A stretch of 64,000 nucleotides of DNA from the human T2T-CHM13v2.0 reference genome, Homo sapiens. Positions 13,005-27,225 of the stretch are shown piece by piece (position 1 is the stretch's first letter; each line of letters begins with the position of its first letter). The stretch is taken from NCBI RefSeq assembly GCF_009914755.1, contig NC_060926.1; one strand, written 5' to 3'. The position numbers and the translations under genes are program-made. Under the pieces are notes generated by a model that was not told the DNA's origin, searched no databases, and saw only the letters and a list, made by a program, of their open reading frames with translations.

Positions 13005-14347
13005 TCAGATATTATTCAGTTAAGTAACTTGGAGTTTTTATTGTTATTTATTTGTACTTAGTAAATTGATTTGATTTTATATGGTATCTTAATGTAATTT
13101 TGCATATATAAGATTGCAAATATAATCATTGCATGTATAAGACAGCAGGACTTTTGGTATCTTATTACAAGTCATAAAAGCGTGAATGATTTTTAAACTA
13201 CCTACTCTCCATATCTGTAATTTTACATATCAATATACTCCTAAAAAAAGAATTATACTACATTAATACAGAGCTTTTCACCAGATGAAAGCTTAATACA
13301 AAATTGGGACTACTGTTTATCTTAATTTGAACTATGAAAAAAAAATATTTCATTGACTTACATAGCAGAACTTTGAGTTATTGTTGAAAGTAATTGTTCA
13401 CCTTGCCATCTTTGGCATCAAAATGCATAGATCTCAAAATTTCTTGGAGTATTCACACATCTAGGGGGAAAAACAAACTACACAGAACAGTTCTTCCACT
13501 GTGAAAAATAGCAAAATTCCACACCTACAACAAATTGCAAATTTTCACGTATTTGCTCCAGGCAAACATTTGCAATTTTCACAGCAAATAAGGCTGTTGG
13601 CTCCAATACACACTTTTTTTTTTTTTTTTTTTTTGGTCTTCTCCCCTCTTGGAAAAAAGTCACTGTCCCTATTTTCAGAAATACAGAATAACACTTGAAA
13701 TGAAATTACTGATAATATCATGTTTATTCTAGGTATTTTATTTTTGGTTCTACCCATTCAGATAAAAAATATTACTTTAACTTGACTGTACCTTATTCAG
13801 GAATCCATGAGTTTGGATAGAGACCCTGAAAATGAAACTTAACTGTTTTTGTGACCTGGGATACCCAGTTCCACTCTGATCAGAGAGACCGCTCCTAAAA
13901 TGTTGCCTAGTGCTTTCAGGAAATACAGATTTTTTTTTTTTAATTTTCAGTAATCAAATAAAAAGAGAAGTTGGATTTTCCCTAAAAATATATATTTTTT
14001 TAAATTTAGTACTATAAAGCAATGGTTCTCAGGCAAGGAACAATGATATTTCCCAAACAGCTATATAACATTATTACAATAAGGACATTAAAAATTGTAT
14101 ATAACCCAGCCATGAGACAGTCTTCACTACAACGCTGTCCGCAGAATTTTCTCCTATGTTAAAACAACAATGACAACAACAATAAAAATAGGAAAGTTGT
14201 CTTTGTTATAGAAAGCATGTCATTTTACTAATGTTATTGACTTGTGTTTTCAAATCCATGAATTCTGTTCTATTCTATCCAGTTGATTTACTAAGGAACT
14301 GCTTTAAAAAAATTTAGTAAGTTAGGTGTGGTGTGTGGTATGCAGTG

Positions 14348-14348
<1 letters not shown>

Positions 14349-14389
<41 letters not shown>

Positions 14390-14424
14390 ACGCATGCGTG
14401 TGTGTGTGTGTGTGTGTGTATGTG
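14349..14424. repeat. (TG)n microsatellite, interrupted
   Basis: Visible repeat. Confidence 0.95.
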
Positions 14425-15367
14425 TTGCATGCTGGAGGACTTTCCATTGCACAACCATCTATATTATATTGCTCCTGTTTTCTGGTTTCTGAGGAAAGTC
14501 ATCTCAAACTATAGTACACATTAGGCTCTGCTCTTCTTTAAAACATAGCCCTGCTTTGACAGGAGAAAAAAGCCCAGTCTCTTCTGCATAGTTTTTAAAG
14601 ACCAATCACAATTGATCTCTGTCTACATTACTAGGTTACTCTTCTGTATCTTTCTTTCATATCTTTGTGCTACTGTCACCTGAACATTATGCCATCTTTG
14701 ACCCATTTGGATGTCTTTGCTTATGGAAGACTGGCATTCTCTGCTTACCCACTTCGCCTACTGAAATTTTTATCCACCAAAACTCAGCTAGCATGCCACT
14801 TCTTTAGCAAAACTTTCATAATCTTACTATTTGGAGCTTTTTCTTATCTTCAGTACCTTTATGATATTATTTTACTCATTCATTTATAATTATTCACTTA
14901 TCAAATATTTATTATCTAATATTGCCAAATAGAAACAGATACAAAAGTTTTAGACATAGTTTTTGCCCTTTAAAAGTTCACAGTGAGGGAAATTGTCCCA
15001 ATCCAATCACAAAGAAAATTAAAAGAACAGAGATTATCTGCTTATCACTCTTATCAGTGCTTTAAAATGGCAAATAGTTACAATATGTTTTGACTAAATT
15101 ACAAGTGCTTTCTATATGATGAAGAAACATAGTTAATTTGTTCAAAATTTGATTTGTGGAAAAAATGAGAGCAAAAAGAACCCAGAAGATGGGAAGTACT
15201 TATATAAATATAGTTTTAAAAAGAGCAATTCCCTGCAGCACAATTGAAGGTACAGGAAATTTACAGAGGGAAATACCCTGCTGGAGTGTTTGGGGAACTT
15301 CCCCCTTGACATCAGCTGCACAGTAGCTGTAGTTCCTATCGCAGCCTCCTATTGTTAGTAACTTTGT

Positions 15368-16316
15368 CAACAGATATATTAAAAAATGCTCAATATTGCT
15401 AATCATTAAAGAAATACGAATAAAAAATACAATAAACTTTCATTTCACAATTTGTCAGAATGGCTCTTATAGAAAAGATTAAACATAACAAGTGCTGCAG
15501 AGGATGTGAGAAAAAGGGAACCCTAGTACATTGTTGGTGGTAATGTAAATTAGAAAACAGTATGGAAGATCTTTAAAAACCTTAAAAGAGAATTATCATG
15601 TGATCCAGCAATTCCAGTTCTGGTGATTTACCCGAAAGACTAGAAACCATTTAATTTATGAGATGTCTGCATGCCTATATTCATTGCAGTTCCATTCATA
15701 ATAGCTAAGTTATGAAATCAACCTGTGTTCAACAAATAAATGGATAAAGAAAATGCGGTATTTATATATACACAATGAAATACTAGTCAGACTTTACAAA
15801 GAATGAAATTTTGTCATATGCAACAACATGGATTGTATTGGTGAGCATTATGCTAAGTGAAATACATCAGGCACAGAAAGACAAACACGCCATGTTCTCA
15901 CATATATATGGGAATCTAAAACAAATGAATTCATAGAAGCAAAGAGTAGAATAGTGATTACAGAGACTGGAGGGTGGCTGGAATGGGGAGATGATGGTCA
16001 AAAGGTGCCAAATCTCAATTAGACGGGAGAAATACGGTTTCTTTTCTTTTTTTCTTTCTTTCTTTCCTTTTTTTTTTTTTAGTTCTATTGCACTGGATAG
16101 TGAATATAGTTAAAAATAGACTGTTGTACATTTTGAAATTTCTCAAAATAAATGTTAAATGTACTCACCACAGAAAATGTTAGTATTTGAGATGACAGAT
16201 ATGTAAACTAACTTTATTGAATTATTCTTCATTGTGTTCATTAATTATAACATTAATTTGTACTCCATAATTTTTATAAAATTATAAATTGTCAATTTAC
16301 AATTTTTAAAAAAAAA
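15368..16316 (+). mobile_element. L1MA-type 3' end (ORF2 C-terminus and 3' UTR)
   Basis: AAAAAATGCTCAATATTGCTAATCATT, GATCCAGCAATTCCA, ATGCTAAGTGAAATA; 3' end AATTATAAATTGTCAATT followed by an A tail. Confidence 0.9.
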
Positions 16317-17063
16317 GAGCAAAGAAAGGGTTTAACCGAATAAGCGTAAGGTTTTTTGCTAATGCTATTAATCTAGTGCATATCTTAGAGGTACCATACA
16401 AAGTTTAAATATTCTTTCTAAATCTCTGTTTCCTGCACCTTTTAAGTCTTAGCCTAATTATCTTAAACGGAGTTGGACCACAACTTTCAAATGCCAGCAC
16501 AACCAGTCAATCTTATAGAGGAAAAAAAAGTTCATAATTTTTTTTCTTTGCCTAGTTATAGGACAATTGTGTAGTTATTCTTTAATTAGAATGAAACACT
16601 AATTGTATGTTTAAATCTATGATGTAAGATTTCTATATACCTAATTCTATATCTATTACACATTATTCAACATAAATGGAATTTCTATGAAGTTCCAGAT
16701 ACCAGTGCCAGATATTTTCATCCATCATTGCACTCTCAGGACTTTATCTCTTATCTGAACTGCTATGATCACCTCTTAACTGACTGAACGAACACCTTCT
16801 CTACTGGCTTAAAAATGATAGAATAGAATTTATTGTGTGTTTACTATATGCCAGGTTTATGTATATTATTTATATATACACAATTAGCAGCTTGCAGGTT
16901 CATTACCACTGAATACTTAGCTGCACTTTTATGGCTGTGTTATTGCTGCATGTTCTGTATAGAAAACCCTACAGGTCTTCATTATGATAACTGGAAGTAT
17001 TAGTCAGCAACTCAATACAGTTGTCATTTTTTTGGAACATTCCTAATCACAAAAGCTAAGTGA

Positions 17064-17436
<373 letters not shown>

Positions 17437-17649
17437 TGACACATAATACACATTCAATAACTGCTTACTTTTAAACTGAAACAAATTTGGGTGCAGGAGG
17501 AGACAGAGATGGACAGGAGACTGTCTAAGGTGCGTGGTCTCATTCATTTTTGACTTAAGTATTTTGTCATATCAAATATGAAAATAACTGGCAAAACTAT
17601 ACTCTATTCAACACTTGGGTAGCTCTTTCTGGCTTGCCTCTTTCATACA

Positions 17650-17805
17650 TGATTTTATTGATCCTCACAGTGTAAGTATGAGGTAGGTATTGTTATTATC
17701 CCCACATTAGAGAAGAGGAAATTCAAATTTAGAGAACTTGAATGACTTCCTTAAGATCACACTACTGGCAGCCAAGGAATTGAAACCAGACCATCAGACC
17801 CTGAA
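17650..17805 (-). mobile_element. MIR
   Basis: TATGAGGTAGGTATTGTTATTATCCCCACATTAGAGAAGAGGAAATT. Confidence 0.75.
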
Positions 17806-18662
17806 ATTCTTTCTTTAATTAAGATTATTAAAAAATAATAAAAGGAAAAAGAATAAAAAATCAATATATTCATTGAGCCCTTCTAATGCACTATTGATAC
17901 TCCGTGGTAACATGCATTTGAGGAACAGTGACAGTATGTGTTTCATCACTGTGTGACAGAGGAAAGCCTTAATTTGGGAATTAATATATCTATGTGATTG
18001 TTTTATACCAAGATATATATGTTTAATAAAATGATACTCAATGACTATTCAGTAATTTTATTTCCATCATTTATGGAGCATGTATAGGTATATAAAATCT
18101 GGAAAATTAATGAACATCTTCAATATAACTGCCAAATTGGTTTTTCTGTATACCTTCAGGTGTTATATTTTAGTAGAAATATTTAATTTAAAGCTCAAGA
18201 CTATGTAAGGTTTTCATTTTTATATGCTCCTCTAATAGCTTTATGTGAAGTTGGTTTCAACTACAGTGTTCAGAAACTATTATATAATAGAGCATATTGT
18301 ATAAAACTTGTTCATTAAATAAGTCCTAGTTCATATCCATAAATATTAATTGTTTCTTGTGTTGAACTTAGCATAGCCCAAGAGCTATGTTCTATTTTAT
18401 GATGGGATAAAAAAAGATGAAGAAGGCATATCCTTTCATATTTGCATTTCAATGGTTCTGCAATTGAATAGGGTTGGAAGTCATATTTGGGGAGGCTGTA
18501 AATTTTGGATAAGAAATTAAGAGATATTTGGTAGATAGTATAAAGCAGGAAGGTAAAATTGACATTCCTATGTTATTAAACCATGTTGGAGTCTCAGACT
18601 GTCTACAATCTAATGGTATAAAATAACCAGAAAGCTATTATTAAGTCAATACATATATTTAC

Positions 18663-18665
<3 letters not shown>

Positions 18666-18702
<37 letters not shown>
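18666..18702. repeat. (CA)n microsatellite
   Basis: Visible repeat. Confidence 0.95.
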
Positions 18703-18707
<5 letters not shown>

Positions 18708-20600
18708 TTACAAAACAGAATATATGTATTTCCAAAACAGAATAAAATCCTGGCCAAAAACACCAATAGTGGAAACTGAAAAAAAAAGACAGATATAATT
18801 TTTTTTAAAAGAATAATAAGAAACAGTTGGTAATTGAAAGAACTGATTTGTAAAAATGAGACTATCCAATAAAGTAGAAAAATATGCATTTGCTCCTTCA
18901 CACTTGTATTCAAATAAAAATTTGTAGCTAAAAAAAAAAAATGACTGATGACAGAGATACTGCCTCAGTGAGACCAATAGAGCTTGTTCAGTTCTAAGGT
19001 GGATGGATATGGTGAGGATAAACCAGGAGGTGAGGATGAGATGGAGGTTTAGAGACTGCTGAGTAGATATGGTAGCACCACAGTCTCAGAGAAAAGGCCA
19101 AAAATAAATATAGGTTAGTAGAAAAGTCATTAGTTGAGTTTAGAACAAGTATTTGAAGGTGCTTCATGTCTAAATAGAAATATTCAAAAGTTGTCAACTG
19201 GAAATATGTTATCTAATAGTTACATGTAGCTATGCCCTGAAACCCATACATGTAACCATCCCCTTCCTCTTCTCAAGGACTAGTATGTTCCTACAATAAT
19301 TACTTCTTATTTTACGAGAAATAACCACCGTGTCCAAAAACCCCTGATTTTTGCTACATGACAGTTAGTGTTTCCAATACATGAAATGCTAAAATTAACA
19401 TTATGGGACTTAAATGAAATATGCATGTCTTTGTAGGACAAAAGGGATGGAAACACTTTGTATAAGTAAAATGTTGTCATTACAATGCTAAATGAAAAAA
19501 TTTAAAATGCGGATTTCAAAGAAATGCCAAAAGTTCACACTTAAATAGCCAAATTTGGATATGTTTATGAATAATAATAATCCATTATTCTTTTTTACCA
19601 CTGTTATTTCTGACACACTTTCAGATATAATTTTTGAAGGATGTGATCTTACCATATGTGAAAAGGTTGCTTAAGTTTTACTTCAGTCAGAACCCTATTG
19701 TCATGGAGTTCAAATGCCTACATACAGTTTTGTTGACATTGTTACGTGTATCTCCTCAGATGATAACTGACAAATCAATGCAGCATTCTGTTTTAATTAT
19801 CCTTCTCTAGACACTGACTATTTCATCACCTCTTGGGGAGGTATTTACTGAGCATTTCCTATGGACAAAGCATCCAAGTAAGTGCTGATGGCCATATATA
19901 AAATAAGTACTCGAGCTCCAAAATCTCAGAAGTCATCCTTTTCACAAATACCCCACTTGTCTACTACGTTTCATACTGTTGTACTTTCCACCTTTTTATC
20001 TATTTGATTTATGTTCCACTTAGCTAACAATTAATTTTTATTTTTTTATTCCAAAAACCCTGATAAAGACACTGTACGTGAGTACGCTGGTTGATGAATG
20101 CTTTTATGACCTGCTGCTTTATAAATTTTACGATGCTCTCATTCACCTGAGGTGGACTGAGGTCATATTAGCTACATGATGGTCAATGTGCAACTACTTA
20201 CAGTCCTTTGAAAATGGCACTGGTGTCATCAAATCGTAGTTAATCCTGTGGAATAAAGCTTCATAGTCAATTTTTCGAAACCCTTGAAATGTAAAGGTAA
20301 AAAGCCTTAAGTCTATGCAGTCAATCTTAAATTGTATTCCTTAAATGTTATTTTCTCACCAACGTTTTTGAAAAGAAGCGGAAATCCTTTTGGAACCCAC
20401 ATCTTTTAGAATGCGAAGACTTCAAGCTTTTTATGTTGTTTAAAAAGGGCAGAGACCTATGATTTAGAAGTCAGATAAACTGGTCACATTGAGTGGTCAT
20501 TCTTTTGTACACTTTAAAGAGCCTTTCTTTCTGAGAAATATGATTTTTGTAAATTTGATCCTCTACCTTCCTCTTTTGAGAGACCCATGGGAGTGGCTAG

Positions 20601-20988
<388 letters not shown>

Positions 20989-21029
20989 TAATTAAATAAT
21001 AAACCAAAGGAAATGATGTATTTGGTAAG

Positions 21030-21190
21030 AACCTAAGTTTGGTCTGGATTCTTCACTCAATAGCTGCTTGGTCTTACAGGAAAATTAAAAATCCCTATCC
21101 CTCAATTTTCTTACATGTAAAATGTAAAGAGAATGCATTTGTATCTATATCCTAGATTTGTGAGATTTAATTAACATGGCAAGTCCTCAG
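21030..21190 (+). mobile_element. MIR fragment
   Basis: CCTCAATTTTCTTACATGTAAAATG...TTGTGAGATTTAAT. Confidence 0.55.
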
Positions 21191-21479
21191 CCAGGTGTCT
21201 GTTCAGTGGGAAGTTAGCAGTAGTCACCTCCCTATCTTCCTCTCCATTGCTATGCAAGAGGGAATCAGAGTCAGAAGTAGGATTTCTGACCTTCCCCCAC
21301 TGCCTGCAGGAACAATGTGGCCAGGATCTGAGTAGAGCTAATGATGAGAAAACCCCTTTCACAGTCTCTGAGGAAAAAGGACAGGATGTGGTCTCAATGA
21401 TCATTTTAGAAACCCAATATGGCAGGGTTTCTCCCTTCTCTAGCAGCCAGAACAAATAAAGTTTCTTTTTAAGTGAGTA

Positions 21480-22290
21480 TCAGAATAAAAAAATAATAAA
21501 AAATAAAAAAGCTAATAGCTGTATAAAAAGATGCATTATGTCAAAACAAGAGGACATTCCTGAATGCTTAGAAGAATTGATTCAAAAAAGTAGATATACT
21601 GTAAAACAAAACAAGACAAAAGCCACAAAACAGAACTGAAACAACAAAAAAAAATTAGAAGCTTTCTGGTTTATAATCTCATTAATATTTGAGAGAATAT
21701 TTTATATATTTACATGGAAGAAGAAAATATGAAACAGAAACAATGTAAAATCAGAAAATATTGCATAAGAAGGAAAATGTGATTGCTTAATTGAACGTAA
21801 GATAGGGCTCAAAAGCAACAAAAAAGATACAATAGAAAAGGGATTTGTGGGAATTAAACTCAAGAAATTCATGTAGGAGTCAGAGAAAAACTGTCCAAAA
21901 AAAAAGAAAGAAAAGGAAAAAAAAAGGAGAAAGGTCAAGTACAGATAAAAGAAAGAAAATACAAGACAAAAGCCCAAAACAATAACAAATATAAGGAAAA
22001 ATAATCAAAAATATTTTGTTTTTAAGAAAAAACTGTATTGGGATGACAGAAAATCCAGTTACAGATTGATACAGCTTAACAAATATCAAGAGCAAAAAAA
22101 CTGAAGAACTCATTGCCATCAAATATTTTAATAAAAATTTTCAATCTTAATGATAAAAATTTTACTAGGAGCCAGAATAAGTAAACAACAGGAAAATGAT
22201 TAAGTTTTTGTGAATGAACTACATTTTGTAAATGATAATTTAACAATTACCCAACTGGATCGAAAAAAGACAGATTTATCAACAAATTTT
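21480..22290 (+). mobile_element. A-rich, strongly strand-biased tract; probable old L1/HAL1 ORF1 relic
   Basis: Purine/A skew typical of the L1 sense strand; no diagnostic motif firmly matched. Confidence 0.3.
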
Positions 22291-22307
22291 GGAACTATTT
22301 AAGTTAG

Positions 22308-22746
22308 ATAACTAGGAGTGCTGTTGATATAATGTAGTTCATGTCCAAAGGTCTGAGAACCAGAGGAACAGAGGGTACAATTCGCAATTCTAGTCCAAAG
22401 CCTGGTGACCAGGGAGGGCAGAAGGACAGTAATATAAGTCCCAGAGTTGGAAGGCCAGAGAACCAGGAGCTCCAAAGTCCAAGGGCAGGAGAATATGGAT
22501 GTCACAGCTCAAGAACAGAAAGAGAGAATTAGCCCTTCCTTATCTGTTTGTTCTATTCAGGCTCTTAATAGATTGTATGATGTCCATCAATATTGGTGAG
22601 AGCAGATCTTCTTTACTCAGTCTATTGATCCAAATACACATCTCTTCCAGAATCACCCTCTAGATACACACACTCAGAAAGAATGTTGTATCAGCTATAT
22701 GGGAATCCCTTAGCCTAGTCAAGTTGACATAAAATTAACCATCACA
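22308..22746 (-). mobile_element. MLT2 (ERVL) LTR, partial
   Basis: TCCAAAGGTCTGAGAACCAG, GGGCAGGAGAA, terminal CAAGTTGACATAAAATTAACCATCACA. Confidence 0.88.
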
Positions 22747-22826
22747 AGTTTACCCCTTGCCAACTTGGCATCCATACACATCTCCTTAAACCAATTAATC
22801 TTCAGATAAAAACAATAACAAGGTCA
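22747..22826 (-). mobile_element. ERVL internal 3' stub including the polypurine tract
   Basis: AGTTTACCCCTTGCCAACTTGGCATCCATACACATCTCCTTAAACC abuts the LTR start. Confidence 0.7.
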
Positions 22827-22879
22827 GAGAGGAAGTCTTGACCTGTATTTTTCTTCTATGAGATGGCTCACATGGCTCT

Positions 22880-23125
22880 TTCACTAGTTTTTCTATCTGC
22901 TAAATGTGATTTCATCAGAAAGACATACCCTAATTGTTCTATCTAAATTAACATACCTCACCCTTTCTCTATTCTTCTTTATTCTTTAGCTGTTTTAGTT
23001 TTCTTCATAACATCACTTGACTGATTACATATTTAGTCATTTGAATGTGTGTGTGCACTGATATAGCTCCATTCTAGAACAGCATCTGATGTATAATATG
23101 CAGTCGATTAATATTCATTGACAAT
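22880..23125 (+). mobile_element. L2 3' fragment
   Basis: CTCCATTCTAGAACAGCATCTGATGTATAATATGCAGTCGATTAATATTCATTGA resembles the L2 3' end. Confidence 0.55.
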
Positions 23126-24212
23126 ATTAGCAAGACTAGGGTTTGCATAAGGAATCAGTTTTCAATCTGCTCCAAAATGGACCAAATTTTTCTATTAAAA
23201 GGCTACTTCATAGTGTTTTAGAATATCATGACAGATTTTAACCTAAACATTAAGGAAGGTGAAAGAACTCTTTAGCATCTTCTTTTAATACACTCTCACC
23301 CAAATATTTGGTTGATTTAGGAATATTCATAGGACTAGTCATAAGAATATTCCTAATTTTATTCATAGCTTATAGCCATAGAAATATGTTTTAAATGGAC
23401 AGATGGAATGAAATAATTTTGTGTTGATCAAATAATTGTTGAAAATTATCTATCAATTACACAAAATATACTTTTGAAGGAGAGGAGTTGTTTTTGCTGT
23501 GGTTTACCATAAGCTCTGATTCTTTATATTGGCTACCAATCAGTATTATTCAGTATTATTACACTAAAACTACTCACTCTTAGTTCTTGATAACCAAATG
23601 GTGTTATCAGTGCTTATTATATTATCTCTGTTTTCCATGGTATGCTGCAAGTATCCATTTTATTCATATATCAGAATAGTTAATAGTAAAACTTGACATC
23701 GCTTGCTTCATTTATAAAACGATGAACTGAAAGACCAAAATCTGCGACTTGTTAATAAGAAATAAAAAGTCACAATTTATACTTCACCTTAGTCAAAAGG
23801 CCAAGAAGTGATTCACATACAATTCCAAGGAGTAAGAAATGTAAAAATAATTGCATGAACTGTACTTTGAATCCATACAGAGGAATCATTTCTGAGGAAA
23901 CAGTTAAAGTTAATTTGGCAAAGAACAGGGCTCACTGTTAGAAAACAAAAAACCCTTTAAATAATCTGTTCAGTATTTCATCTTTACCCATACTTTATAT
24001 AACATGAAGGAAAAATTAAGTAAGTTTTGATAAAATGAAAGTTTATGATGAATAGTGGTATGTAGAGGTTCAGTATTTAGTAAAAATTTCTTGAGTATAG
24101 AGCTATTGTCACAAGTCTATCCTGATTCACTCAGCCCTCTACAATACTCCCCTGAAATAATATTAGTACAAATATTACTTGTAATAATAAATTTGATATT
24201 ATAATCAAAATT

Positions 24213-24758
24213 TGTGGTGGTTTTAAGCCATATCCATAGCTTATTTAACTCTTCTCCCATGGAGAGGTAGGTTCCATGTCTCTTCCCTTTAATCAGGACT
24301 GACCTTGGTGATTTACTTGTGAGAAATAAAATGCAACAGATGTTGTCCTATGTGACTTCTAACTCTAGGTGATAAAAGGCCATGCTTCTTCCTCCATTTT
24401 GAGATGTTAAATTTGGAGAAAGTCTCTCCAAGAAAACCGACCACTCTGACACCACCATGCTCAAGAGACCCATGTAAGTACTCCAGATAACAGCTCAGCT
24501 AAGGTCCCTCTCAACAACCAGAATTAATTGCCAGCCAAGTGAGTGAACCATCATGGATGTTAAACCCAGTTGAGCCTTCAAATGATGGCATGCTCAGTCG
24601 TCATCTGACTAGAGTCACAGAAGAGACCCAAACAAGAACGACCCAGTTAGTGCCTCTCAAATTCCTAATCCATATTCACAAAATCATGAGCAAAGTAAGA
24701 TTATTGTTTTAAGAGGAAATTTGGGGTAATTCATTTTGCTGGTATATGAACTGGTACA
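24213..24758 (+). mobile_element. MLT1(F/G/H) MaLR LTR
   Basis: TGTGGT...ACA termini; GGTGATAAAAGGCCATGC, AAAATCATGAGCAAA...TTGTTTTAAG. Confidence 0.85.
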
Positions 24759-25518
24759 GATTAGAGAACTATATTTCTGCAACCTTTCTGACCAAAAATT
24801 ATGGCATGAATTAATTTATCCAATTGTTTATTCTAAGCAACAAAGCTTCTCAGAGGAATATTTTAGGCTGGCATTTTTTTTTTTCAAATTTGAAATTTCT
24901 TGTAAGGGACTAGGTTTAATTAATTCTAATTTTCAGATAATTCCTTTGATATTCTCCTTCATGTCAGACATCTGTCAGCTGTGCTTTTTTTCCCCTTACT
25001 TTTTGATACTCTTTTCCCTCCATGGTATCCCAGGAAAAACATCCCTCATGTTTTCTTCAACTAATATTGGTTAACTTTTATGAAATTAATAAAATTTTCA
25101 CACGGATTTCTCTCTTAAACCAAAATTTATAGGTGTTAAATAATGATGTTATTAAATTTGGCCAACAGTTTTTCATCTTGGATTTAGCTAAACATCTTTA
25201 GAGGTGAGGAAAATGCCTCGTATATAATTAAATATATAATTATTGTTATAGCTACAAATATAACTATAATAACCTGGGTGTGCAGACAAACTTTTGGCAA
25301 TGATGCTACAAATCCTTTCCATTAGATTTCAGAACAACATATGCCAACTACTTTCTATGTAAACATAAAAGGAACAGAAGGCTGTCCAAACTTTAAAAAT
25401 GCATACAATCTATATTTTCTTAAGCAGGGAGCAAACAGCTTTAAGCCATGCTAAATACATCTAATTAAGAGATGGATTAAACAGGTAAATCACATTCCTA
25501 TTACAGAAGGTTTAATAG

Positions 25519-26166
25519 GGTGCTAAGAATTAGGCTCTGGAGCCATTCAGACTGGGTTCAAACCCAGCCTAGTCCCTGTGGTACAGAATGCAAACTATGT
25601 AACAAAAATATGTATTTTCTTTCTCCGTAAGGATATTTGTCTGCATTCTTTGCTATTAGGATGAGGATATGTCTGAGTTCTTGACAATGAAATGTGAGCA
25701 GAAGTAATATGAGACAACTATCTGTTGCATAAACTCTTCTCCTTCTGTCATCTTAACGTGCCTTTTATGATGATGGTGAAAACCAGGTTTTTAAGTTTCG
25801 CAGAACTTTTATCAGCCTAGTTCCATGAATATCGTGTGAAAGTGAATTTCTCCACTGTCCATTCATTCCCAACCTGAGACTGCAATGGAATATTATAAAA
25901 ATAAAAATACTCATCTATTATAGAAATCCTTTCAAAATCTAGGGTTTATACATCACAGTTGCCACAGAATCCTAATGTAAGCACTTACTAGCGGTGTGAC
26001 CTTAAAAAATGTAAACCTTCAGTGCCTCAGCCTTCTCATGTATAAAACGACCATAATAAACACTTCATTACAGGGTGGTGAAAGGATTAAATGAAGTAAT
26101 GTATGTTAAGTACTTTGAATAAAGCCAAATTCACAACAAGCACTATGAAGTCTTGGCCATTATTAT
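25519..26166 (+). mobile_element. MIR split by an MLT1 LTR (MIR parts 25519-25576 and 25981-26166)
   Basis: GGCTCTGGAGCC...CTGGGTTCAAACCCAGC resumes as CACTTACTAGCGGTGTGACCTT...GTGCCTCAG. Confidence 0.8.
25577..25980 (+). mobile_element. MLT1J-like LTR nested in MIR
   Basis: TGTGGTACAGA start; GAGTTCTTGACAATGAAATGTGAGCAGAAGTAAT. Confidence 0.65.
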
Positions 26167-26294
26167 CATTACCATTATGAGAATTCAGTATGTATAATGT
26201 TTAATTGCTAAGCATGGCCTTACATTGCACAAATAAACATTAAAGATTAATTTCTATGTTTGACCTATTTCATATGAAAAATGTTAATACTTAT

Positions 26295-27225
26295 TTTATT
26301 TATTTACACATTAAAATACCAAATACGTACTATTTATGAAGCATAAGCTATGAATTACAGATATAAAACTGAATATGGCAGACATTTTTCCAGCCCTCAC
26401 AAAGCATGTCATTTAATGGAGAAAACAAAAAGCAAGAAATTGCTCTGCAATAACAATACAATAAGATAAGTCTTATATTCAAAGTAGATAAGAATGAAAT
26501 GGAAGCAAGTAAGTTGGGCACATAACAAAATGTTGAGGAACCCAGGGCTCTAAGAAAAGGCTTTGGTCATAAGTGGGAGTTGTTGGGGGGCTTATCTAAT
26601 TGAACTGGGTGGATATGGGGGCTAGACAGGAAAGAGAATAGAAGTCCACACAGAAGGAAAAGCACATACTGAGGCTAGGAGGGAAGAAAAACATGGTAGA
26701 ATCTTAAGAATCACTGGAGCAACAGGATCAGGGGAAGGGACAGAGGGATATGGAGAAAGATGTGGTTGGATAGGGAAGCAGTGACAAGACCATGAAGGGA
26801 TTCAAGACTGCACTGAGGCCTTTAGATTTTTTTCAAAGGTCATGAGTTATATGTAGGAGGTGACATGACACAATTAGTGTCTTACAAATATGACTATGTC
26901 TACAATGTGAGACTAGCTTGTCAAATAAGTCTGGAGACCCTGAACATTAGAACTATTAGGGAGCTGTTGGAGCAATCTAGATGAGAAAGGATGGTAGGCT
27001 GAACTAGGATCATGGAGGAAATGACTGAGACCAATCAATGGTGTCAGTAATTTACAAGACTGAATTGTTATTTGTAAGACTAGAAAGGGTGTGTCACAAA
27101 TAATACCGAGGTTTGTGATGAAGATACTGAGCGGCAGCATTTGAAGTGGCTCGGGAAGAGAGTTTTGGTCATTCAATTTTGTAACGTGGTGGATTTCAAA
27201 ATGGAGAGAATGAGTAGGCACTCGA
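26295..27225 (-). mobile_element. L2 fragment
   Basis: CCAGCCCTCACAAAGC, AGGAGGTGACATGAC, ATTAGGGAGCTGTTGGAGCAATCTAGATGAGA; typical of L2 antisense. Confidence 0.7.

Noticed and set aside
14326-14524. Cys/Val-repeat ORFs (also 34911, 42577, 18659)
   Set aside because: Translations of (TG)n microsatellites
19366-19457. 10-bp inverted repeat AGTGTTTCCA...TGGAAACACT resembling hAT MITE ends
   Set aside because: Too short, and no 8-bp TSD or family match that I can support
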